Source of the DNA: an uncultured Chlorobiota bacterium
GTDB lineage: Bacteria; Bacteroidota; Bacteroidia; Bacteroidales; JAADGE01
Direction of reading: 5' to 3'
Length of the DNA: 64,000 nt
Assembly: GCA_947311445.1 (NCBI GenBank)
Contig: CAMZKV010000004.1
Location: forward strand, 5,364-69,363
In this document: positions 19,709 to 29,572 of the stretch, one piece after another
How the letters are laid out: each line of letters begins with the position of its first letter
Numbering within the stretch: the first letter of the stretch is position 1
The notes under the pieces: model-generated
The model's input: only the letters and a program-made list of their open reading frames with translations
Told to the model about the DNA's origin: nothing
The model's database searches: none
Program-made: the position numbers and the translations under genes

Positions 19709-21070
19709 TTATAAAATTGTAAATATCAAAACTCCAATTGCAAGGTAAATAAATAATCCAATTATATCATTTACTGTGGTAATAAAAGGACCAGTTGCAA
19801 GTGCAGGGTCAATTTTAAAACGATGCAAAGCTAAGGGAACAAAAGTTCCAAAAACTGATGCAAATATTATTACAATAAACAAAGAAATGCTTACTGTTAC
19901 TGTTAAGGCAAAAGATGAAGAAAAGAAATAATTATAAATAAAAATTACACTTGCAAGAACTGTTGCGTTTATAAAGGAAACAGAAAGTTCTTTTATAATT
20001 TTTTTTAAAGTGCTATCAAAACCGGGGTTTCCACTTGCCAGTCCCTGAACAACAATGGAAGAAGATTGAACTCCAACATTTCCCCCCATTGCTGCAATAA
20101 GCGGAATAAAAAATGCCATTGAAGCATGAGATGCAAGGTGACCTTCGTATGATCCAAGAATAATTGCTCCTAATATACCCCCAAAAAGACCAATGAAAAG
20201 CCAAGGAAGTCTTGCTCTTGTTAGTTGCCAAACTTTATCACTGTGCTCAACATCTTCTGTTAAACCAGACATCATTTGATAGTCCTTGTCTGCTTCTTCA
20301 CGCATAACATCAACTAAATCATCAAATGTTATTCTGCCAAGTAATCTTCCAATATTATCAATAACAGGTAAAGCTACCAAATCATATTTGTCAGACAAAT
20401 TTGCAACTTCCTCTGCTTTCATATCTGCTTTAACAGAAATAACATTTGGCTCATAAATATCTTTAACTTTTGTACCTTTTGATGCTAGAAGTAGTTTTGC
20501 AAGAGAGAGTGCTCCTTTTAGAATTTCGTCATTATCAACAACATATACATAGTATATTTCGTCAACTTCTTCAACGCTTTTTCTAATTACTGAAATTGCA
20601 TCTTCAACTCCAGCGTCAATATTAACAGTTATAACTTCCTTTCCCATTAAACCACCGGCAGTATCTTCATCATAAGATAATAAATCTACAATATCACCTG
20701 CTTGGTCAATATCTTTTATTTTTTGAAGAACTTCTTCTTGTCTTTCTTCCGGTAAGTCTGCAATAACGTCGGCTGCGTCATCCGAGTCCATATGGTCAAT
20801 AAATCTAGATGCAATAACATCATCAGGAAGGATTTTTAGAAATCTTGTTCTGTCATCATCGTCTAATTCTGCCAAAACATCGGCTGCTTTTTCTCCATCT
20901 TCTATAAGTAAAAAAAGATATTTTGCTTGCTCTATATTTAATTCGTTATAAACTTCAGCAATATCAACAGCATGTAGTTCATCCATCAGCTTTACAGCAG
21001 CTTTATTATCTTTTTTTTCTATAATGTTAATCAGATTATGAAGATAATCTTTTGTTAATTCAAAGTGCAT
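19709..21070 (-). CDS. mgtE: Magnesium transporter MgtE
   Basis: 453 aa; acidic MgtE_N region, tandem CBS region, and a C-terminal 5-TM domain with AAMGGNVGVQSS. Confidence 0.9.
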   Translation of the reverse strand: MHFELTKDYLHNLINIIEKKDNKAAVKLMDELHAVDIAEVYNELNIEQAKYLFLLIEDGEKAADVLAELDDDDRTRFLKILPDDVIASRFIDHMDSDDAADVIADLPEERQEEVLQKIKDIDQAGDIVDLLSYDEDTAGGLMGKEVITVNIDAGVEDAISVIRKSVEEVDEIYYVYVVDNDEILKGALSLAKLLLASKGTKVKDIYEPNVISVKADMKAEEVANLSDKYDLVALPVIDNIGRLLGRITFDDLVDVMREEADKDYQMMSGLTEDVEHSDKVWQLTRARLPWLFIGLFGGILGAIILGSYEGHLASHASMAFFIPLIAAMGGNVGVQSSSIVVQGLASGNPGFDSTLKKIIKELSVSFINATVLASVIFIYNYFFSSSFALTVTVSISLFIVIIFASVFGTFVPLALHRFKIDPALATGPFITTVNDIIGLFIYLAIGVLIFTIL

Positions 21071-21131
21071 AACAAATTATAATAAGTTAATTGATAAGAT
21101 GGTATAGATAATTCTTTTAATATGTGTAATA

Positions 21132-21139
21132 CAAAGTTA
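21132..21139 (-). promoter_or_regulatory. -7 box for mgtE
   Basis: TAACTTTG on the minus strand, 61 nt before the ATG. Confidence 0.4.
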
Positions 21140-21145
21140 AAATTT

Positions 21146-22174
21146 TTATCGTCTTAGTAAAATCATGGTTGCTCCATATCCATATTCTTTAAAAGAAGCA
21201 TCCTGAAACTGATATTGTTTATATTTATGTTGAAGTTCGCTTCTTATTTTAAGTTTCAAACTTCCACTTCCTACACCATGTATAAAAACTATTTTTTTAT
21301 ATCTTTCTTTTATTGCAGTTTTTATTTCGTTATGAAAAGTATCTAATTGTAATTGAAGTTTATCGTGGTCAGACATGCCAGTTTCATCATCAATAAGTTC
21401 TGTAATATGTAAATCTACTTCTTTTATGTTCTTTGGTTCTTGCTTTTGATATAGTCTGGGTCTGTTTATTCTTTTGTTGTTTGCCTTTTGTTCAATTACT
21501 TTTTGAATTTCTTCTTTTTTTAATTTGTTAAGAGCTTCCTGCATAGCATTTTCTTCAATAACAGGTACAATAATTGCAAATTCATCAAAAAAATCATTTT
21601 CTTTAAAGGCATTTTTTTTAAAAAACTTTGTTGCTCTTATTTTTATTTCAGAATTTAAAGGTTCTTTTAAAGAATATTTTTCTTTAGAAAAAAATAATAT
21701 TTGTACAGTCGTAATTACATTGTCCGGAATTGAATTTATTTCTACAGTACTAATTTTTTCTTTAACATTAGGTTCTATTTTTCCTGTTATACTTTCATAC
21801 TGTGTGCCATTTTTTTCAGCAAAATTATAATAGATAAAAAAATTGCTATCGTTTATCAGATAAACATCACAGTCAGAATCCCCAATTCTTTTTTGATTTT
21901 CAGGAACATATGCCAAATAAATATTAACATCAGTATTGTCTGTATATAACGGTTCTTCTTCATATACATTTTTAATTTCCGGAGGAATATTTACTTTTTG
22001 TTTCTCAGAATATTCTTCTACACTTATATCGGGCATAAGTTCTTCAATTAAAACGGGAATTTCAAAACCTGTATCGTTTAGAACTAAAGCAGTTTCCTTG
22101 TCTAATATTTTTGTAACTTTACCTCCTCCAATATCATTTAAAAATTTAATTGTATCTCCAACTTTTACTTTCAT
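21146..22174 (-). CDS. Smr/MutS2 C-terminal domain protein
   Basis: 342 aa; C-terminal Smr block EVDLHITEL ... KIVFIHGVGSGSLKLKIRSEL ... YGATMILL. Confidence 0.75.
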   Translation of the reverse strand: MKVKVGDTIKFLNDIGGGKVTKILDKETALVLNDTGFEIPVLIEELMPDISVEEYSEKQKVNIPPEIKNVYEEEPLYTDNTDVNIYLAYVPENQKRIGDSDCDVYLINDSNFFIYYNFAEKNGTQYESITGKIEPNVKEKISTVEINSIPDNVITTVQILFFSKEKYSLKEPLNSEIKIRATKFFKKNAFKENDFFDEFAIIVPVIEENAMQEALNKLKKEEIQKVIEQKANNKRINRPRLYQKQEPKNIKEVDLHITELIDDETGMSDHDKLQLQLDTFHNEIKTAIKERYKKIVFIHGVGSGSLKLKIRSELQHKYKQYQFQDASFKEYGYGATMILLRR

Positions 22175-22187
22175 TTTTTTTTTTTTG

Positions 22188-22195
22188 CAAAAGTA
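22188..22195 (-). promoter_or_regulatory. -7 box for Smr-domain gene
   Basis: TACTTTTG on the minus strand, followed by C, A12 and the ATG. Confidence 0.45.
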
Positions 22196-22223
22196 GTTTA
22201 TTTATTCTTAAAGTCAAAAAGGA

Positions 22224-22255
22224 AAAAGAGTAAGCAAAAGCCTACTCTTTTTTTT
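22224..22255 (-). terminator. Terminator downstream of T9SS protease gene
   Basis: AGAGTAAGC-AAAA-GCCTACTCT stem (8/9), T-rich on both strands, 20 nt after the stop. Confidence 0.6.
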
Positions 22256-22275
22256 AAAATATAAATATTTGAATA

Positions 22276-25200
22276 TTATTGAATAATTATTTTTGAAACT
22301 AAATTAATATTGTCATAACTAATTTGCAAGAAGTAAACCCCTTTATTTTTATTAAAATCAAGAGTATGCTGTTTAATTTCTTCAAAATATTTATCGTAGA
22401 TTAATTTTCCTGTTATATCAATAATTGAAATCTTTACGTTTTTAGTTTCTTTTGGGAAACTAATATTGAAAATTCCATTATTTGGGTTTGGATATACTTT
22501 GATTCCTGTTTCCTCTATATTTTCAATATTAGAAGCAACAAATAAAACAGCAATATCACTAGTTTCAATGCCACAATCTCCAGATACAACAACATCGTAA
22601 CTCCCTCCATCTGAGGTCTGAACATTATTAAGTGTTAAAGTATTTAAATTTGTTCCTACATTTGAACCATCTTTTCTCCATTGATAAGATAAATTATCTC
22701 CTGTTGCAACAACAGTAAAATTAACATTTTCACCAATGGCAGCATTTATATTATCTGGTTGGTCTGTAATTACAGTTGTGTTTCCTAAGGTTATGATGAC
22801 TTCATCTGAATTAACACAAACACCATTTGTAATTGTCCAAGAAAGTGTTAGAGGAGATGTTGTTATATTTATATCAGAATTGTATAAATTAACATCTGAA
22901 ATGTTTGCATTTCCGGAAACAACTGCCCAAACCCCTGTTCCGGGAGAAGGGTTATTACCTGAAAGTGTATAATTTGCATCACATGTATTTTCATCATTTC
23001 CTGCATTTGCTATTATTAAGTTATCAACACTAATTTCAATTGTTTCGCAAGAAGAGTTTGCACATGAATTTTCCCATCGTCCATAATAAGTAGTTGTTGT
23101 TAATGGGCTAACAGACAAATAATTACCGTTCCCAACAAGAGTTCCTCCGCAAGATGTTTCGTACCATCCAAAAGTATTTCCTGAACCTCCCGTGTATGAT
23201 AAAATTGTAGATGTTCCTGAACAAACTGTTGTTTCGGTAGCCGAAACTAAACTTGGTGGGACTGAATTTGATAAATCATTAGTTAATGTTGCAGAAGCAG
23301 ATAAACTTGACATAAAACCGTTTTTTTCAACTTGTCCTTTATAAATTCCATCGTTTAATCCTGTAAAATCATGAGAATTTGCATCTCCTGTCCAATCTAA
23401 AATAGGATTTCCTGCATCGTCTCTTAAATAAAATGTTTGGGTGCCACTTCTTGAAGAATTAACAGTTATAGTCCCTGTTCCTGTACCGCAGCCAGGCAAT
23501 GCACTAATAGTGGCAACAGGTGTAATTGAAGTTCCGGTTAAGACAAAATTATCAATATTCCATCCACAGAAAAACCAGCTTCCATCTGTTACTCCAATTG
23601 AATATCTTATTTGGACACTTGCCTGTTCATCGGCATATGCAGAGATGTTAATTGTTTGGTTGCTCCATGCGTTTTCCTCAATGGCACTTGCATTTGTCCA
23701 AAGTTCTGTCCAAGATGATCCGTCAGTAGATATGTCGATATATGCATGATCATAACTTGGTTGTTCTATTCCCAGCCATCTTTGAAAATTTAATTCAATA
23801 TTCTCAAAGTTTGAACAATCAATTACGGGACTTATTGCGTATTCTGCATGACTTGCTAAATTTGCTTCATAATCGCCAGAATTTGAACCTTGTCCGGTTA
23901 AATCAAGTCCTAAAACATTTGTTCCCTCAAAAGCTGTTGTAGGATCAGCGTTTCCATGTGCCCCTCCTAGTCCTTGCGGTGCATCTCTTTCCCATTCTCC
24001 GTTCATAGTCCAACCTTTATCTGTTTCAAAATCATCATTAAAAATTGTTTCTACAACATTAAATACTTTAGTTAATGTATCATTTGAAGTGTTTAAATCT
24101 GTGCCTCCGTTTGGTGATGTTACCAGTGCTTCAAAAGTATGACTTCCGAATGTTATTCCTATACTTGGAAAAACGATTTCAACTGTTTCTCCTGATACGA
24201 TATTTCCTGTCCAATTATTTTCAACATATTGTTGAGCATCAATTTTATATTTTGCAGTAAAAGAAGTTATATCATTAATTCCTTTATTTTTTATTGTAAT
24301 TGTTGGGGTAATGTTTTCTTCTGCAAAATATGTATCGGCAGGTGTGCTTATTTGAAGAAGTTGTGCGTCTAATGTTACAGTAGGAACATTAGGGTCGAAG
24401 CCATTAAGAACAGAAACACCTGAATTTGTAGGATCTAACCAATCTTTAAGTTGATTTGTTGGACTACCACCTCTGTCCCACGACATTGAAAATTTTCCGT
24501 AAAAATCTTGTGTTAAACTTGAGCAAGAAGCCCATCCTCCGTGAAGTTGTCCGATTATTCTGTGATTTTCATCGTATAAAGGAGAGCCAGAAGAACCTGG
24601 TTCTGTTGTAGTACCTCTGTTCCATTGCGTAATTTCCCAGTGAGAATCGGCTAAATAAGGAGAGGGGTCGTAATCTGATGAAACAGCAGGATTGTCATCA
24701 AAAGAAATCTTTTTAATATCTCCACTTGGATGATGTATTCCTACTTGAGCTGTCGGTTGATTGTCGGAATTATCCCAACCGGAATAATATACTTCATATT
24801 CGGCGGGAGGAGTATTGTTTAAAAGTACTAGGCAGAAATCAGAATCAGAATTTCTAGCAACTAGAGTAGAACCGGAAATTGCATCATGAGAAGGTGAAGT
24901 TCCTGGGTTTGCACAGGTTTCACTTTCCCAGTTAAACCAAAAAACCCAATCTGAAGGGTCGTTATAACAGTGATTTGCAGTTAAAAAATATGGAGTACCG
25001 TCTTCTGATGTGTTATTTATTAAAGCTCCTGAGCACCAATCGCTTCCACCACTTATTATTCTTGCAGATGCTCTTATATCATCAACCCATGGAGCTCCGT
25101 CAGGACAAGCAACATTCATATTACATGAACCAGAACCTCCAAAACCTTTGTTAAATTCGTTTGATCCTCTGTAACCATGAGTAACTCGTGTAATAATTGG

Positions 25201-25725
25201 GCTATATGGACTGTTAATTTCTTTTGGCTCATAGTATTCGATGATAATTTTATCTCCGCTTACTAATGTTGTGGCAAAAACTCCATTTTCTTGATTATTT
25301 TGATAATTAAAACCTCCAATTATATCAGATTTGTCTTCATTATAAACATAGAGCAAAGCTCCTTGAGATAAATTATAATTTTCAAATCTTAAATTTATAG
25401 TTAGAGCATTTGTAGATTCAATACCTAATCTCCAAATTTTGCTCCCGTCAGATAAGATATCATAGCTTCCCTTTTCTTTTATATTAATATGAACAAAAAT
25501 GTTTTGTCCAAATCTAAAAGGTTTATTTTTTCTTAAATCATTTACTTTGTCTTCTTCTTTTAGTTTTTGAATATTTACAAATGGCATTTTTTCAAACTCA
25601 ATTTTTGTTTTTATGTCTTTTTCTAAAAAACTTTTAGGCAAACCACCTACATTAATTTGAGCGTAGTTTGTAGTTATAGAAATGAGCATAGTGGCAATAA
25701 GACTTAAATAATAAATTTTTTTCAT
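22276..25725 (-). CDS. Secreted trypsin-fold serine endopeptidase with Ig-like domains and T9SS C-terminal sorting domain
   Basis: 1149 aa; signal peptide; catalytic triad contexts LTANHC, SDFCLVLL, EPGSSGSPL; Ig-like block NLSYQWRKDGSNVG ... DGGSYDVVVSGDCG; C-terminal KVYPNPNNGIFNISF ... GVYFLQISYD ... SKIIIQ typical of the Por secretion tail. Confidence 0.8.
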   Translation of the reverse strand: MKKIYYLSLIATMLISITTNYAQINVGGLPKSFLEKDIKTKIEFEKMPFVNIQKLKEEDKVNDLRKNKPFRFGQNIFVHINIKEKGSYDILSDGSKIWRLGIESTNALTINLRFENYNLSQGALLYVYNEDKSDIIGGFNYQNNQENGVFATTLVSGDKIIIEYYEPKEINSPYSPIITRVTHGYRGSNEFNKGFGGSGSCNMNVACPDGAPWVDDIRASARIISGGSDWCSGALINNTSEDGTPYFLTANHCYNDPSDWVFWFNWESETCANPGTSPSHDAISGSTLVARNSDSDFCLVLLNNTPPAEYEVYYSGWDNSDNQPTAQVGIHHPSGDIKKISFDDNPAVSSDYDPSPYLADSHWEITQWNRGTTTEPGSSGSPLYDENHRIIGQLHGGWASCSSLTQDFYGKFSMSWDRGGSPTNQLKDWLDPTNSGVSVLNGFDPNVPTVTLDAQLLQISTPADTYFAEENITPTITIKNKGINDITSFTAKYKIDAQQYVENNWTGNIVSGETVEIVFPSIGITFGSHTFEALVTSPNGGTDLNTSNDTLTKVFNVVETIFNDDFETDKGWTMNGEWERDAPQGLGGAHGNADPTTAFEGTNVLGLDLTGQGSNSGDYEANLASHAEYAISPVIDCSNFENIELNFQRWLGIEQPSYDHAYIDISTDGSSWTELWTNASAIEENAWSNQTINISAYADEQASVQIRYSIGVTDGSWFFCGWNIDNFVLTGTSITPVATISALPGCGTGTGTITVNSSRSGTQTFYLRDDAGNPILDWTGDANSHDFTGLNDGIYKGQVEKNGFMSSLSASATLTNDLSNSVPPSLVSATETTVCSGTSTILSYTGGSGNTFGWYETSCGGTLVGNGNYLSVSPLTTTTYYGRWENSCANSSCETIEISVDNLIIANAGNDENTCDANYTLSGNNPSPGTGVWAVVSGNANISDVNLYNSDINITTSPLTLSWTITNGVCVNSDEVIITLGNTTVITDQPDNINAAIGENVNFTVVATGDNLSYQWRKDGSNVGTNLNTLTLNNVQTSDGGSYDVVVSGDCGIETSDIAVLFVASNIENIEETGIKVYPNPNNGIFNISFPKETKNVKISIIDITGKLIYDKYFEEIKQHTLDFNKNKGVYFLQISYDNINLVSKIIIQ

Positions 25726-25923
25726 AGTTGTATTTTTTAATTTAAGATGTAAACATACAAAAAAAGATGTTATAAAACATAAATAATTGTATTTATTTTA
25801 TTTGTTTTTATTCATAAACTTGGGATGTGAATTTATTGTAGTTTGAGCACTCGTAACAAAACCTAATGTATAAAATCGGTTAATTAGAAATTTATGATAT
25901 TTTTTTATTTTGTTCTCATGTAT

Positions 25924-25931
25924 TAACTTTG
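25924..25931 (+). promoter_or_regulatory. -7 box for queA
   Basis: TAACTTTG, 12 nt before the ATG. Confidence 0.5.
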
Positions 25932-25943
25932 CAAAAAAATTAA

Positions 25944-27152
25944 ATGCAGATAAAAGACATAAATATTGAAGGTTTTAATTACGAACTTCCAGATAGCAGA
26001 ATTGCAAAATATCCATTAGAAAACAGAAGTAATTCAAAATTATTAATTTATGATAAAGGGAATATAAAACAGAAATTTTTTAAAGACATAAGCAAAGTTT
26101 TAGAAAATGATTTTTTAGTTTACAATAACACAAAGGTTATTCAGGCACGTTTAAATTTCAAAAAAAAAACCGGAGCAAATATTGAGATTTTTTGTCTTGA
26201 GCCTATTGAACCTGCGGATTATTCTTTAATGTTTCAATCAGTTAATTCGTGTAAATGGAAATGTATTATTGGTAATTTAAAAAAATGGAAAATTGAGGAA
26301 GTTTTTTCTACTGTTATAATTTACGGTATAAAAATAACTGTTTCTGCAAAAAAAATAAGGGCATTAGCTAATTCAAACATTATTGAGTTTTCTTGGGATA
26401 ATTCTGAAATAAGTTTTGGAGAAATACTTGAGAATATGGGGCAAACACCCATTCCTCCTTATCTTAAAAGAAAGTCAGAAGAAAGCGATAAAGAAAGGTA
26501 TCAAACTGTTTATTCAAAACATAAAGGCTCAGTTGCTGCACCAACAGCAGGTTTGCATTTTACGGATGAAATTTTAAAAGATTTATTTAATAAAGGAATT
26601 ACTACTGGGCATATAAGTCTTCACGTAGGAGCGGGAACTTTCAAACCTGTAAAAACTAACAAAATTGGCGAACATGAAATGCATGCTGAGCATTTTTCCG
26701 TTTCAAAGAAATTAATTTTACAGCTTATAAAAAATGATGGTAAAATAGTTGCTGTTGGAACAACAACTGTTAGGACTTTGGAAAGTCTTTATGTTTTAGG
26801 TTGTAAATTGAACAACAAGAATAATCTTGAAAGTTTTAACATAAAACAGTGGGAAGTTTATGACATAGAAAAACGATTAAGTTCAAAGGATTCTTTAAAT
26901 AATATTTTAAGTTATATGAATGAAAATAATCTTGAAACAATAAATGCTTCTACTAAAATTATAATTGTTCCGGGGTATAAGTTTAAAATAGTTAATAAAT
27001 TAATTACAAATTTTCATCAACCAAAAAGCACTTTGCTTTTGTTAATTTCTGCGTTTATTGGTGAAGATTGGAAAGATATTTATAAGTATGCTTTTGATAA
27101 TGACTTTAGATTTTTAAGCTATGGAGACAGCTCTTTGCTAATTCCAAAATAA
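25944..27152 (+). CDS. queA: S-adenosylmethionine:tRNA ribosyltransferase-isomerase
   Basis: 402 aa; motifs PIPPYLKR, ERYQTVY, GSVAAPTAGLHFT, LHVGAGTFKPV, AVGTTTVRTLES. Confidence 0.95.
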   Translation: MQIKDINIEGFNYELPDSRIAKYPLENRSNSKLLIYDKGNIKQKFFKDISKVLENDFLVYNNTKVIQARLNFKKKTGANIEIFCLEPIEPADYSLMFQSVNSCKWKCIIGNLKKWKIEEVFSTVIIYGIKITVSAKKIRALANSNIIEFSWDNSEISFGEILENMGQTPIPPYLKRKSEESDKERYQTVYSKHKGSVAAPTAGLHFTDEILKDLFNKGITTGHISLHVGAGTFKPVKTNKIGEHEMHAEHFSVSKKLILQLIKNDGKIVAVGTTTVRTLESLYVLGCKLNNKNNLESFNIKQWEVYDIEKRLSSKDSLNNILSYMNENNLETINASTKIIIVPGYKFKIVNKLITNFHQPKSTLLLLISAFIGEDWKDIYKYAFDNDFRFLSYGDSSLLIPK

Positions 27153-27163
27153 TTTTTTATTAT

Positions 27164-27356
27164 CAGGGCAAACTCACACTTTGTTCAAATCTGTTAGAAG
27201 TATTAATTTGCTTTAAATCGTGTCACGTTTTAAGGTGTCACGATAACAATAATTTTTGATTTATATATTTTATTAGTTTCATTATTTTTAAAACCTTAGT
27301 TTGAATTGTTAAATCAAATAAATTGTGTTGAAAAATAAAAGTATGAGTTTGCCCTG
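27164..27356. mobile_element. 193-bp MITE-like non-autonomous element (CAGGG termini, 10-bp target-site duplication)
   Basis: Terminal inverted repeats CAGGGCAAACTCACACTTTG (27164-27183) and the reverse complement of 27337-27356 (CAGGGCAAACTCATACTTTT). They match 18/20, with the first 13 perfect. The element is flanked on both sides by the identical TTTTTATTAT (27154-27163 and 27357-27366). No ORF inside. Confidence 0.7.
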
Positions 27357-27507
27357 TTTTTATTATGTGAATTTATTTAATATATTTGCCTTCCCTAAAA
27401 CATACATACAAACAAGTTTTATCCAAAGTTTATTTTTTTTAAAAACACTTCAAAAAATACTTGTGCTTTTTTATTTTTAAATATTAGTACCTATTATAAC
27501 AAGGCAT

Positions 27508-28890
27508 TTGAATAATTTTTTAATTAAAATATTAGGTAATCCAAACAAATTTGAGCTAAAGCACAGAGTTTCCAATGCTGTTATACTAATTGGAATTTTT
27601 TTAGGAATACAATCTTCTATATTCAATTATCTTTTAGGCTTACCAGAGATTACAGTTACTGCAACCATTGGGACATCAGCAATCTTAATTTTTGCATATT
27701 ATTTATCGAGAATAAAAGGAATATTTGAGATTTCTGTTTACATTTCGTTATTTGTAAGTTTAGTGATTTATACTCCTGTTATGTGGATTGGAAATGGCGG
27801 TTCTTCCGGCGGATTTCAATATTACATATTTGCTTATTTAACTTTTGCAATTGCTGTTATAAATAAAAAATCTATAATAATTCCAATAGTTTCATTCGTT
27901 GTTTTTTTGTCTGTTTTTCTATTAGTTTATGAATATAAGTTTCCAGAAAGAATATTTGATTATCCCAGTCCGATTGATAGGTTATTTGATGTAACGTTGA
28001 GTTTTGTGAGTGTACTTGTTGGGGTTTCTTCATTGTTTTTTATTTACACAAATTTATATAAAAAAACAAATTCGATACTTGAAAGTACAAATAGAGAGTT
28101 AAATAAGCAAAGGCAAATTCTTGAGAATCAAAATGAATATATAAATGATGGTATTTTATATGCTCAAAAAATACAAAAAGCTGTTCTTCCATCAATAGAT
28201 ATTATTAATAAAAATTGTAAAGAAAACTTTATTTTTTATCTTCCAAAAGATAAAATTAGTGGAGATTTTTTTTATTTTACAAAAAAAGACAATAAAATAA
28301 TAATTGCAATTGCAGATAGTACCGGGCATGGAATTCCTGGTGGTTTTATGTCTATGCTGGGTTTAACAATGCTTAAGGAAGTAATTGATAATTACGAAAA
28401 TGAGAATCCTGCTAAAATTTTAAATATTTTAAGAGAAAAGATAATTGTTTCCCTAGACCCAAAAAACAAAAGACCAATTACAAATGATGGCTTTGATATT
28501 GCTTTAAGTATTATTAATACTAAAACAAAACAACTTAATTTTGCGGGTGCTAATTTACCTTTATTACTTATTAGAAATAATAAGATTACATATTTTAGTT
28601 CCGATAAGATGCCAATAGGAACTTTTATTTCTATGCCAAATTTTAAGAATCAACATTTTGACCTAAAAGAAAATGATACGATTTATATGTTTACTGATGG
28701 AATAATTGATCAATTTGGAGGGAAAGCAAATAAGAAATTTACATTGAACAGGCTTCAAGAATTATTAATTAGATATTCTGAGGAACCTCTTAGTTTTCAA
28801 AAAGAAAAAATTAAGAAGGCTTTAAGAAATTGGAGAGGCAAACAACAAAAAACTGATGATGCCCTTATTATGGGTGTTAAGGTTTTCTGA
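27508..28890 (+). CDS. Multi-pass membrane sensor fused to PP2C/SpoIIE serine phosphatase
   Basis: 460 aa; TTG start; about six N-terminal TM helices; coiled linker; PP2C block IADSTGHGIPGGFMSMLG ... FTDGIIDQFG ... DDALIMGVKV. Confidence 0.8.
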   Translation: MNNFLIKILGNPNKFELKHRVSNAVILIGIFLGIQSSIFNYLLGLPEITVTATIGTSAILIFAYYLSRIKGIFEISVYISLFVSLVIYTPVMWIGNGGSSGGFQYYIFAYLTFAIAVINKKSIIIPIVSFVVFLSVFLLVYEYKFPERIFDYPSPIDRLFDVTLSFVSVLVGVSSLFFIYTNLYKKTNSILESTNRELNKQRQILENQNEYINDGILYAQKIQKAVLPSIDIINKNCKENFIFYLPKDKISGDFFYFTKKDNKIIIAIADSTGHGIPGGFMSMLGLTMLKEVIDNYENENPAKILNILREKIIVSLDPKNKRPITNDGFDIALSIINTKTKQLNFAGANLPLLLIRNNKITYFSSDKMPIGTFISMPNFKNQHFDLKENDTIYMFTDGIIDQFGGKANKKFTLNRLQELLIRYSEEPLSFQKEKIKKALRNWRGKQQKTDDALIMGVKVF

Positions 28891-28931
28891 AAAAACCCAT
28901 AATATTTTGTATTCTGTAATTTGTTTTAAAG

Positions 28932-29429
28932 TTATTCTAATGTAAAATTCCATCTTTTAGAAAATTCAACTTGAATTGCTACAAATTTATTAGAAACAAG
29001 AGTGTATTTATCGTCAATTAACTTTTGCAACTCATTGTATCTATCTTGCTTTTCTGTTGTATATTCTTCTTCTGGTAATTTATATATTTGAAGTTGTTCG
29101 GAGTATTCGTTCTCTAATTGCTCTTTAAATAGCTTATAAAGACTCATAGTTGCATCTTTAAACTCAGTTGTTTCATTAAAACCTCCTAATTCTTCAAGAG
29201 CTTTCATAGATTCTTCAACTTTGTTTTTTGCGACAATAATTGCAGGTTCTATTTTTGCGGGATCATAAGTTGTAAACGCATTATCTACATCATTGATAGC
29301 ATTTATAACGGCAAGTTGGTCTGTAATTAATTTGTCATTATATTCCATTGCCTGTTCAGATGTAGGCCCACATTGCGAGAACATTAAAAATAAAATTAAT
29401 GCACTGCTAATTGTTATAAGTTTTTTCAT
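28932..29429 (-). CDS. Hypothetical helical lipoprotein
   Basis: 165 aa; signal peptide with lipobox FSQC; acidic, helix-rich sequence. Confidence 0.55.
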   Translation of the reverse strand: MKKLITISSALILFLMFSQCGPTSEQAMEYNDKLITDQLAVINAINDVDNAFTTYDPAKIEPAIIVAKNKVEESMKALEELGGFNETTEFKDATMSLYKLFKEQLENEYSEQLQIYKLPEEEYTTEKQDRYNELQKLIDDKYTLVSNKFVAIQVEFSKRWNFTLE

Positions 29430-29534
29430 GTGTCAATTTTTAATTAATTGTAATGTTTAACAATTACAAACTTATAAAAAGATATTAATTATAAAATTAT
29501 TTTGATAAATTAAGGCAAGAAACTTTAAAATACC

Positions 29535-29542
29535 TATTTTTG
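29535..29542 (+). promoter_or_regulatory. -7 box for DUF4301 gene
   Basis: TATTTTTG, 30 nt before the ATG. Confidence 0.5.
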
Positions 29543-29572
29543 TAGAAATAGGTAATTTAAACTTTAAAATAT

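Noticed and set aside
22175-22186. A 12-13-nt poly(A) tract (T on the plus strand) between the -7 box and the ATG of the Smr-domain gene, as a possible phase-variation tract.
   Set aside because: Long A/T runs are frequent throughout this AT-rich window. The tract lies in an untranslated leader, where a length change would not shift a reading frame. I kept only the G10 tract as a finding.
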